Below, piece by piece: positions 1 to 10,770 of a DNA stretch of 64,000 nucleotides. A program made the position numbers and the translations under genes. The DNA lies in contig NC_092672.1 of the NCBI RefSeq assembly GCF_964355755.1, forward strand, positions 35,780,437-35,844,436, read 5' to 3'. This DNA is from Antedon mediterranea. Its lineage: Eukaryota; Animalia; Echinodermata. The first letter of the stretch is position 1. Every line of letters starts with the position of its first letter. The notes beneath the pieces were generated by a model. It was not told where the DNA came from. It made no database searches and worked only from the letters and a program-made list of their open reading frames with translations.

Positions 1-261
1 TTATATCGGGTTAGCGAGGATGCAGTTGTGTTAGATGAAAATTGATTTTCTTTTCCTTTAAAGGAGTGTTGTAAGTAATACAAAAAGATAATAAATGTTA
101 ACGTAGCGCATTTAGAAATAATATATTATCGGTGTGGATTATAAGTAAATACTAACATTAAATACAGTAAAAATAATATATATATATTTTTTTACCTATA
201 GCAGCAATTTTATTAATTTTTTAAAGTAATTTTAACCAATTTTATACATTACGTATACATC

Positions 262-521
262 ATTATTGCTACAAAGTTGTTATATTACCATAGCAACACA
301 TCATTATTAAATGGCCTATGCTCTATATTTAGACACAATATTTTAAATACTGTACAAAAATGATTATTGCTACAAAGTTGTTATATTACCATAGCAACAC
401 ATCATTATTAAATGGCCTATGCTCTATATTTAGACACAAAATTTTAAATACTGTACAAAAATGATTATTGCTACAAACTTGTTATATTACCATAGCAACA
501 CATCATTATTAAATGGCCTAT
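262..521. repeat. Tandem repeat, 101-bp unit, ~2.6 copies
   Basis: ATTATTGCTACAAAGTTGTTATATTACCATAGCAACAC... starts at 262, 363 and 464. Confidence 0.9.
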
Positions 522-1629
522 TAATAATAACAAACATCTGAATGTGTGTAAAACTAACACAACTGAAAACCTGAAATAAATGCCAGAATTTGTGTATTAT
601 TCTGTCTTACAAAAGCAGTTTATATCTTGACATTTGACAATTATCACTGAATTCTTTATAATTTTGCAAAGCTGTTGCTCTAAGCGGTAAAAAAATGCTA
701 ATGTGTTAGAAAAAAATGATATTTAATCATCTTATCATGGTCAATCAGTCTGTTGAAATGTCAAAATAACGAGCATCCTATTAAAGGCTATTTTTAGATC
801 TGTGTTTTGTTCAACAAATTGATTAGTACAACTGCTAGATATGCTGCTTATTGCTTAATAAATAATATTTTTAATGTTATGTGTACTTTATGATGAGACC
901 AGGGTACCAAGGATCAACCCTGTCAAATCTCCCCTCACCCCATCTTAATTTCTATAAAAAAAAAAGATGCTGTGGTTTTTTAATCAGAAATGATCAGTAT
1001 TGTCCCCCTGAAAAATAATTCTTTTTTTTTAAATATTTCTTTTGGTTGAATATGCCATTTTACCTAATAGTCAACCAATGTGTTTTTGGTTGAATTTAAA
1101 CATTTATTTTGTCATTTTATATACAAACATTATTTTTATCCTTTTTTTTTCTACGAAAGTGATTAATTTTATTAAAACTACACAAATCTATTGAAAGTCT
1201 GATTTTATTAATCTTATTTTTCATGTTTTTGGGGAACAATACATCTTTAATAATCAAATGGAATTAAAATACTACGTGACCACATAGTTAGATTTTGTCG
1301 TCATACATTGCTGCTTAAGAATGACTTAACCTTGGTTTATAAAACGATTCAGAAAATGTTATAATTATAATGAACTTGAGTTATCTATTACGAGATTTGT
1401 TCATACGTTGATGTCGTCATTAAATAACGATCAATCAAGTTCATCCAAAACGTATGTGCTAATCGTATCTTATTTCATAAACAAAACACTAAGTTAAATT
1501 GTATTGATTTAATCACATCACTTTTTAAAGGTTATTGAGATGAAATAATTTGGTATTATAGTCATGATTTATTCATATGCATTTATAATTCATCATAAAT
1601 ATATTTTACATATAGAGTATACAGGTGTT

Positions 1630-2067
1630 TAAATTAGCAATTTGCTGAGCCCTGACAATTAACTGAGCCCATGACAATTAACTGAGGCTCTGATAATTAA
1701 TTGAAATCCTGGCAATTAGCTGAGCTTATGGTAATTAAATGAGCCCCAGTAATTAAAATGAATCACTAGGCATTAAATAAGCCCCTGGAAATTAAAGGAG
1801 CCTCTGGCAATTAAATATGTGGTATTACGAAATATTTAAATATAGAGTATATTATGTTTAATTGCCAGTCAAACTGGCAATTAAATATGCCACTAGCAAT
1901 TTGCTGAGCCCCTGGCAATTTGCCGAAACCCCAGTAATTAATTGAGTCCCTGGTAATTAAACTGAGTCCCTGGGAATTAACTGAGCCCCTGGACATTTTC
2001 TGAGCCCCTGGACATTTTCTGAGCCCCTGGCAATTTACTGAACCCCTGGTAATTAACTCACCCCTTG
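1630..2067. repeat. ~20-bp minisatellite abutting a RUSF1 splice donor
   Basis: Consensus GGCAATTAACTGAGCCCCTG, in two blocks. Confidence 0.85.
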
Positions 2068-5000
2068 CAGAAACTTGACTTGCTGATATGCACACTGTAT
2101 AACCTCTGCCTGAAAACATGCCTTTATGATTTGTTTGACTGTAATGTCCTCATGCAGAACAATATTCAATATACCTTAAAAACAAATATATCATATAACA
2201 AATTATTATAAAGATTGCACTACACAGATTTGGGTTAAAGAAGAGGTTACGCCAGTGAGAGAAATTTGTTTTTTTCTTTTTCGCATTCGCATCATTAAAA
2301 TCAAAATCACAGTTAAGTATTAAATTGGATTGAATTTTACAATATATATATAAACATATGAGAAAAAAACAATAAGGTGGGTCTTGAATCTTAAAACCGT
2401 AGATGTTGTTTAGTAAAAATAATTGTTGTTTAGTAAATTTAAAACTTTACAAAACATTTATGTAACCATGTAATCAACACATTATAATTTGTACATCAAA
2501 ATGTGTTCATTAATATTTATATAAATTTATAAGCATAAAGGAAATTTATTCGCCCGGGTAATAATATCTTGAATGGAATCTTAAATAAAGAGTTTGAGCA
2601 TACCTTTTTTAATATCTAAACCAAACAAGAAGATTTCATTTCCGTTACATTTTAAACAATCTTGTAAATCATCAAAGCTGTAAAAAATAAGTAAAGAAAA
2701 TAAAATAATTATTATCCTTCTTAAGCTCTGTCTACACTGTACTATCACACACAAAAACAAAATGTGATGTGCCCATATATGGACATGATGATGTCATATC
2801 ACTACCATAGTTAAGCATATCACTACCATATTTGGGCACTTTTTTGTCAAACTAGTTTGGTAGTGTAGACAGAGCTTTATTGTTTTCAAATTGTAAAGGA
2901 TAAAAATAATTCAAGAGCGTAAGGGGAGCCATTTTTTATTAGATGAATCAATGATTTATTACCAAATCATCATTAATTGTGCAATCATAATATCAAATAT
3001 TGGTATATTCTTATCATTATCAATTATCATCATAATACACTAACCTGCTGATAAAGGTTGCTAAGGATGAACCAAGATTCACTTTTAGTGGTTTTTCTTG
3101 CTCTATTTAAAAAGTAAAATAATCAAAATTGTATAGAATACTTGCTAATGACATCAAACCTATTTAGTTGCTGTTAGTTGCTAATGTGATATAGTGAGTG
3201 AGTGGTTGAGCAGTTAACAGGGTGGAACCGTAATTACGTGGCCATACCATTGGCAAGGGTTCGAGGCTCACTAACGCCATGGTTCTGGAGGTAGAACAAG
3301 TCTTCTCGGATAACGTAGGTCCAGTGTACACATGTAGCTCATGTGCACTTTAAAGAACTTAGTACATCTTTTGAGAAGAGTAGGGGGTTACCCCGGTGTA
3401 ATAGTAAATCACAGCCACTGATCATAGCTGGGCCCTCTGGGAGACCAGTCTTTGACTGAAGAGGTTCACCCAGTTTAAATAAAATAGTTCAATTCAATAT
3501 AACCAACATAGAATCTCTAGTTCACCAAAACTAATCAAAGTGTCATACTCACTCCACAACACTGGTTCCATTGCATTTGTTTTGGCTGGGCTTAACATAT
3601 GAAGATCAGGACTTTGTAGAAACACTTGCACCAATAGGTGAAGTCTTGTTTGATTCAGCGTCTCCATGACAACACAGGTGACAGCTCGATAATTTGCATA
3701 TAGGTGGAGAAAAGTGAACATAAAAAACAAACTCCATGTCAGCCTGAAAAAAACAGTTTAGTGTAATTTTACAACAAATTCCTTTCCTGGTAAAATATTG
3801 TGAATTACCCATTAATTAATTAACTTACATGTAATTGCCTGATGCTAGTGGAGTAATGATCAAACCAATTAACAATGCTGCTAAGTTGACAAGAGTTTCT
3901 TGGCTTCCATCTTTAGCCGACACATCGGCCATGTTGTTTCTTCTTGCTTGGTGCATGGTGAGAGCAGCTCTTGTGGCGCCACCTGCTACTCCTACAATGG
4001 ACTGTATAAAGTACAATTGATTTATATACAATTAATTTAATAAATACTCTGTGTATAAAAAACAACATCGAGAGACGGACGATAGAAAAAGAGAAAATAG
4101 AGTTGGGATGGAAATCATGGAACCAAGCCAAACCTGTGGCCAGGGACCGGGGGCATTGTCAGCCTTGCAGCCTTGGGACAAAGGGCCTGAAGAGGATAGG
4201 TAAGGTATAATAAATGTTTGTATGGAAATTCTCCAAACCATTGCCGAGAGCCTGGGAAAGTTGGTATTGAGAAGTGGCTATCAGTATCAGCACCTATTGG
4301 ATAGTGTTTAGGGAAACTACTATGGGACAAAGGACCTGAAGAGGATAGTTAAGGTAAAGTATAATAAATGTTTGGATGGAAATTCTCAAAACCATTGTTG
4401 AGAGCCTTGGTGAGTTGGTATTGGGAAGTGACTATCAACACGGTCTTAGCTAGTGTTTTGGGTAACTACACTAATAATTGAAAATTAATACGACATGATG
4501 ACTTACCCTAAACACGCTCGAAACACAAGCTATTATTACAAAGACTGATGGGAAGAGTGGTGAAACTAATTCTATACAAATGGCAAGATCGTTTAAAATG
4601 TCCGCAAACAACCTGAAAAAATAATACAGAAAAAAAGTTTGTTATTAATCAATTGTTAAATAATAAAAATTGTCCTTAATTTCTTCACCATAAAGCAGAG
4701 TTTCTAACTGATGACAGGCATAGTTTTGGTCATTCCATTTTCATGACGTACCATGTACCTAAGCAGATGCCAAGTCAAGAAGTCATTCTACGCATGCTCA
4801 GAAACAGCAGAAAAGAAGCATGAACTGAATGACATTGACTTAGACTCAACAGCTCCATAGACGCATGGCACCTTAAAAAGGTCTCTATAATATCTGGTCT
4901 CTTCGTCCATCCCCCACCCAAAAATCAACCAACCTACCTCCATCTCTTTGCATCACAGTCTAATGAAGTTCTAAAAAAAATGAAGGAATATTAGATTAAA

Positions 5001-8000
5001 CCAACTAAAGGTCTGCCTACACTATCAAACTGGTTTCATAAAAAAAGTGTGATTTGCTCAAATATGGTAGTGATACTGTATGTCCAAATATGGTAGTGAT
5101 ATGACATCATCATGTCCATATATAGGTACATAAAAGTTTGATAGTGTAGATAAGGCTTAACTTTACTTAAATTCTTACAATATACTATGTAAATACATTA
5201 ATTATTTTAGTACAAACATTTAAAACCTCACCCTTGGTACCAAGCAAATAAGATTCTTCCAATCATTCCAGAACCATCTAAAAAGAAGAAAAATCAAATA
5301 TGGTTTTGAAAAAAATTATGAAGAAAATCTATTTTTATATCAACTCTTAAGCTTGATAGCAATGCAAGGATGTAATTGTAAGCCGCAACGCAAGCAAATT
5401 GAAAAATCAAAAGTGGTGGATTATTTCAACTGTTCCTTGTGATTGGTCAATTTGCTTGGGTTGTGGCTTACATCCTTGTGGGAACTGAGTTTAACCAATA
5501 GTAATTACTTTCTTGATGTTGATAACTTTAGGATAGAATTGTTTTGATATTTGTTTTTCCGTTATGTTTTATCTTTGTATGAGACAAGCACCATTATTTC
5601 CACTTGTTTCGTGGACGAAATAAAGTTATCTTATCTTATCTTCTTGATACTTTTGTATATTTTCCTTTTTTTAAATATCTTTTTATTTACCTTTCAAAAT
5701 CCAGGTGATCGTGGCAGCAGCAGCTGTGGCACTTTCATCACCTACCCCAACACCTTTTAACATGGCTTGAGTGGCAAGAGTGCCTGTTATACTACTGCAA
5801 AATGCCTGTAAGTGAACACAAAGTATAGCAATTGTATGTAAATTGTATGCAAATTGTATGCAAAAACATTCCTGATAGCAGCAATCATTTGTTAACATGT
5901 TGATATAAAGTTTGCATAATTGAATAAAAGTGTAAAGCTCTGTGTCTACACTATCAAACTTTATGTGACAAAAAAAATGTGATGTGCTCATATATGGGCA
6001 TGATGATGATGTCACTACCATATTTGGGCACATCACACTTTTTTTGTCAAACTAGTTTGATAGTATAGACAGTGCTTTACAATTTTGTTAACATTTGTTA
6101 GCATAAATTGCATGTACATTTTGTTACCTGTATTGTATCCCATACTTGATACTGTAAGTAATCGCTACTGACACTGTCAGGATATCCTTGAGGAAGAAAC
6201 ACAGCCTGTAAGAATATCAAATGAATACCTTTGGTAAAATGTTTGTGTGGACTGCTTTGCAAATATAACAGAGGATGTATCTATGTCAAAAAGGTTGATA
6301 CTGATAGTGTACACATTCAGAGCTTCAGTAATTAACAATTTCTTCAGTAATTTATTGACATAAATTTCAACACAAAGAGTAATTTAAAATTTGTGATTTA
6401 AAAAAAAAATTGATATATTGTTATATCTGTCTTTTATACAGATATGAAAACCTTCACTAAAAAGTTGATAAACAAACAATAAAAATACGCAATTATGAGA
6501 AAATATTTAAAACGGGTTCAAAATTTATCAAAAATAATATCAGTGTTATGCGCGATTTGAACGATTTGCGCAATTTGAAATTGCACAAAAATTCCTTGCG
6601 CAATTTGAAATTGCGCAAAGAATTCTTGCGCAATTTGAAATTGCCCAAGGATTTTCTTGCGCAATATTAAATTGCGCAATCAACTTGCGCAATATCAAAT
6701 TGCGCAAGAAAATCCTTGCGCAATTTCAAATTGCGCTGCACAATTTGTAAAATTGTCAAATTGCGCAGCAGAATGCTACCAGAATGCGTGCTAACGTCAT
6801 GAACGATCGGTTAACAATGATAATTTATTAGAAACTATAATAACTCATGAAATGAAACATATGCGAAGATAACATGTGTATAATACACAACATCAATGGC
6901 ATACACAATTAAATAATATTATCACTCATTGCAACTTAAAATAAATCAAAATAAATGTAAAAATAACAAAAATTAATGTAGTAATACCGCCACCAACGTT
7001 TAGACTTGCTACCAAAACATAGCCATCAGTAGGCAGTAGGCTATAGTAGTATTAGCCGCCCGCCGTGACGTGCCCGCCGGGAACACCACCTTTGTGGTCC
7101 TTTGTCGGGTCTTCGACGGTATGCTAACAATAACAATATTTTCACTACTAAAATAAGGAAATGCGATATTATCTTTAATTTTGAATCATTCTTAGAAATT
7201 ACTATGAAAATATGGGTGTGCATGATTTCACAATCTGTCGAAAAACTTTGCGCAATTTGGAAATTACTTGCGCAATTTAATACGTTGCTTGCGCAATTTG
7301 AAACAGATGTTTCAATTCAAATTGCGCAAGGAATTCTTTGCGCAATTTTAAATTGCGCAAATCGTTCAAATCGCGCATAACATCAGCATGCAATATGAAT
7401 GTATTTAAAAAAAATATTATTATTAAAAATAATTTTTAACATTTATGATAAATTAAAAGATATTAAAATATTATATATTGTACAAATATTTATAATTAAA
7501 TCATACAGTTGCATTCTGCTGCATTGGGAACAAAAATAACCATTTTTTGTATAAAATTTGCACTAGAAATTTGTTGCGCAATTTTTGCCAAAAAAAAAAA
7601 TGCACAAAAAAGTGTTCAAATCGTGAATTAAACACGTCATACATTTTTTTTAAATAGTGGAAAGGTGAAAGACAAACATTTTATCAGCTAGCCTGGGATT
7701 TCCCTGATCCATGCCTCTCTCTTCCTATATATCCATGGTATATATTTAGCTTTCGTGCCCGGGGATTGCGGTTTATTGATTTGTCTGAGCATGGAGGTAT
7801 CCATGGTCTGAGTGAGATAAATAGGAGGCTAGAAAAAGGAGAGGTACAAGGTGGCAATTTTTTTCATATTTCATGCAAAATTTTCAACAAAATTACCCTA
7901 AAAATTTGTCTGATTGAACTTGTCCTTGAAAAGTTGTTTTTACTTAGCTTTCCATCTCCATAAGAATAAATATTTGGCTCTGATTGTGAACCATACCGTT

Positions 8001-8025
8001 CTTCACATAACACGGTTGACACCAT
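2062..8025 (-). CDS. RUSF1: RUS1 family protein (C16orf58/RUSF1 homolog), 11 coding exons visible, 3' end probably outside the window
   Basis: Exons (minus): 8025-7897, 6205-6128, 5805-5691, 5277-5232, 4970-4938, 4612-4507, 4001-3829, 3743-3553, 3102-3045, 2677-2604, 2174-2062, all GT-AG and in phase (372 codons, no stop reached). Family motifs VFLPQGYPDSVSSDYLQYQVWD, DGSGMIGRILFAW, LDCDAKRWRLFADILND, GVAGGATRAALTMHQARRNNMADVSAKDGSQETLVN, HLYANYRAV. Confidence 0.93.
2724..2876. mobile_element. Dominant ~150-bp MITE (TIR AGCTCTGTCTACACTATCAAAC; TWA flanks; PIF/Harbinger-like)
   Basis: TIRs with internal TATCACTACCATATTTGGGCA subrepeats; flanks TTA...TTA. Confidence 0.85.
3194..3485 (+). mobile_element. 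tRNA-derived SINE with Deu/Nin-like central domain
   Basis: A-box/B-box-like head (GGTTCGAGGCTC); central TTAAAGAAC...GAGAAGAGTAGGGGGTTACCCCGGTGT resembles the conserved DeuSINE/AmnSINE1 core as I recall it; A-rich tail. Confidence 0.7.
4174..4470. repeat. Two tandem copies of a ~149-bp unit
   Basis: TGGGACAAAGG.CCTGAAGAGGATAG... at 4174 and 4323. Confidence 0.8.
5009..5157. mobile_element. Dominant MITE copy
   Basis: Diverged TIRs, same core; flanks TAA...TAA. Confidence 0.8.
5936..6076. mobile_element. Dominant MITE copy
   Basis: TIRs and core; flanks TAA...TTA. Confidence 0.82.
6544..7382. mobile_element. Non-autonomous DNA transposon, Ginger-like (TGTTA...TAACA termini, 4-bp TSD TCAG), with TTGCGCAA arrays
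   Basis: 33-bp TIR TGTTATGCGCGATTTGAACGATTTGCGCAATTT; TCAG at 6540-6543 and 7383-7386. The superfamily assignment is inferred from the TGTNR termini and 4-bp TSD. Confidence 0.8.
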
Positions 8026-8039
8026 GTTGCATTGTTATT

Positions 8040-8835
8040 GCGTTGAACTTCCGTCGACTGCTTTTCTTTATCAACAATATTTTTTCTTTCAAGAGGGCGC
8101 TAGCCACTTTTTAAAAGACATCACAAGTAAGATCAGTGAGCTGTAAGCCTTCGGCTATTTTTAATTAATTTTGCGACAAAATAAAATCTATTAACGAAAT
8201 AAAATTAGAGGATTCACAAATAAGTTATAAATACTCTTATAAATATGTCACACACTAATTCCTCATTCCTAAAAAGATGAACAAATAAAGTTTGAAATAT
8301 AATTAATTAATGTGCATTGGCCCTATATGCCTAGGGTCTACATAAGATCATTATTTTATTTATTTCCTTTATTGCATCAAGTAAACAGTGATGACGTTGA
8401 CATAAATATTTTAAAAAAATTATCAAAGAGTATAATAATGTATAACACAAACCAAACAAGTTACTAAAATATATCATAGTCCACAAATTAGTTATTAATG
8501 GCCATCATAGTACATCCAGTAACACAAACCAAAAGGGGTTCACAATTTGCTTATCATAACTCATCATCATCATGTATCATGTATAAAGATATTAAAATGA
8601 TAAAAGTAATAATTGAAAAGATTGTTAAATATTAAACATTTTACTTATGTGCAGATCAGTACTAAAAAATTTGAAATGTTAATCATTTTTTTAGATCTGA
8701 AATAGTTTTTAGATATACAAAAAATTAAGTAGTCCGCCACCTATAATATTTCTTGTTGATTTGGTCACATGATAGCAATGACCTTCGCAATGATGACATC
8801 ATCAGCAGGTCCGCGCGCCATCTTCCGGGTTGACA
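8040..8835. promoter_or_regulatory. Divergent promoter region between RUSF1 and MTMR3/4
   Basis: Head-to-head genes. ETS-like ACTTCCG (8047), CTCF-like AAGAGGGCGCTAG (8091), E/M-box GTCACATGA (8764), palindromic TGATGACATCATCA (8791), overlapping YY1/ETS GCGCCATCTTCCGGG (8815). Confidence 0.6.
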
Positions 8836-10770
8836 ATGAACGCAAAAAGAACTCTGCTAGGCTTAACAACTGTGTGCTAGCCTGGGAGGTGTGTTTGTTT
8901 TGGTCTAGCAAGAGTATGTCGACATAATCCATGTCAAATTGGGTTTTTGCATCTACATTTGCAAAGTTTATGAAACGATTGACTCGTTTTTATTGAACGT
9001 TTATGTATGTATGAGCTGTTAATCTTTTTAAATAAGGTAAAATTGTGCGTATTTTTCAACAAAATATTTGTTTTATTTTCAATTGGAAAATAAATCTACA
9101 TTTTCACCACGTAAAGACCGAAGCCGGGGATTTCTCCTTGAGGTTGGTCTCTAGCCTAGGCTACAGGAAATTACGACATTAAATATACTGTGGAGAAAGT
9201 TTTATGAAGAGAAATCATTTTGTTTTAATGCATGAATATGATATTTATTATTTTATCAATCAAAATTGATGGCTGAAAAAAAAACCACTTTAAATCAAGA
9301 TGCCAATCATGTTTGGTAAAAACTAAATAGGTAGGCCTAGGCCTATAATTGACTCTTCTTGACATGAGAGTTTGTGTCTAATAAATAAGAAAAAAAATCA
9401 TTCTTTTGTCTTTAGGCCTAGGCCTATACAACTTTCAATATCATACGATTATGAGCTTTCAGTTAGCACTCTAGGTAATTTCTTTTCAGCAAGTAGGCCT
9501 AGTCCTAGTACAGACTTAATGTTATATTAATGGTGGGTAGGGTGGGCGTTTCCTCTTTCTGACCGACAACCCATTTAAAATCGCTGATAATAAAAATTGC
9601 ACTGCGGACCATAAAATCAACCTAAAGACGTATTTGTATCTTCAAATACGGTACGAGTGAAAATTGCATGAATCTATAGGCCTATACGAGTATTAAATCT
9701 TTAATTTATAACCTTTAAAGAAAGAATTTTGTAAATGTCAGATTTGTGAAGTACAGACATCTTGGTTCTTCAATATGAATATTGGTCTGTCTGTTCCAAG
9801 CATCACACAAGAATCGGCTGTTAATAATATTATGTATACAATTATGAATACTGGATGGATTAAAATTCTTTGAATTAATAGAAAATGGTTAATAGTTAAT
9901 ACTGTAGAATTTTCTAGACGTTGGGTCATGTCATCCATCGGTTAAAATAATATTTCTTTCGACAGAACCCAGGACAATTTTATCCGCCAAATTTCTTTTT
10001 ATTGTTTCACAGCCCTGGGATTGAAATAATTTAAGTTTAAAAATTAATCATCAATTCTCTGGTATAATCCCATCCCCCTAGAACATGAAATTAGGCCGAC
10101 TTTGGGAGTGGGACTATACCCTATATGAAGCCTGGTTCATGAAAAAAATGATTGGTAAGGATTTCTTGTAAAAACAAGAACTGAACTGGCTAGAGAGAGG
10201 CCTACATCCAGGCAATACTGGGACTATACCCGGGGATATGCCTGTTTGTGAAATTAGACATAAAGTAGGGGGTGGGATTAAACCCGAAGTGGGATTATAC
10301 CTGAGGATAGTATATGGTACTGCTCTTTACAACTTAGCCACTAATGAAAAACAGCTGATTCATCACTTTGTTGCTATGATATCCTGTCCTGTACACCAGG
10401 TACTCATCATACCTGGAAAGAAATTGTTGTGGCATATGTTATCCAAACTATTATTTGTCACCAAGATCTGAGAAAACCTGTTCTAGTAAATTGTTTGATC
10501 CCATCTGTTTATGGTACATAATATTGTGTCAGTCAACAAAGTAGATTAGAAATAATTACCAATACAAACATATTAACATACTAAATAATAAGTGAGAAAC
10601 TTATGGGCTCCTAAAATGTATGATGTCAGAGTTAAGAATTTGGAAAACAGATTAATGTGTTTTGTTATCAAAAGTTTTAATCTTTTACCTTGAATACATT
10701 GTTCTTATCTGTTTGTCTTTTCTCAGGTTTACATTCTGTACTGTGTCTAGTTTGGCTACCATTGGCTACT

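Noticed and set aside
590-680. Possible further RUSF1 exon
   Set aside because: The candidate translation does not resemble the RUSF1 C-terminus; the remaining exons probably lie outside the window.
1811-2119. 102-aa ORF on the minus strand
   Set aside because: Out-of-frame overlap with a RUSF1 exon running into the minisatellite; the repetitive translation is an artefact.
6181-6190. ATATCCTT resembling a U12 5' splice site
   Set aside because: It lies on the antisense strand of a RUSF1 exon; all reconstructed introns are ordinary GT-AG.
7102-7380. ORFs rich in LAQF/NLKLRK (also 37223-37492, 37871-38080, 38077-38262)
   Set aside because: Translations of TTGCGCAA arrays in a non-autonomous transposon; no transposase motifs.
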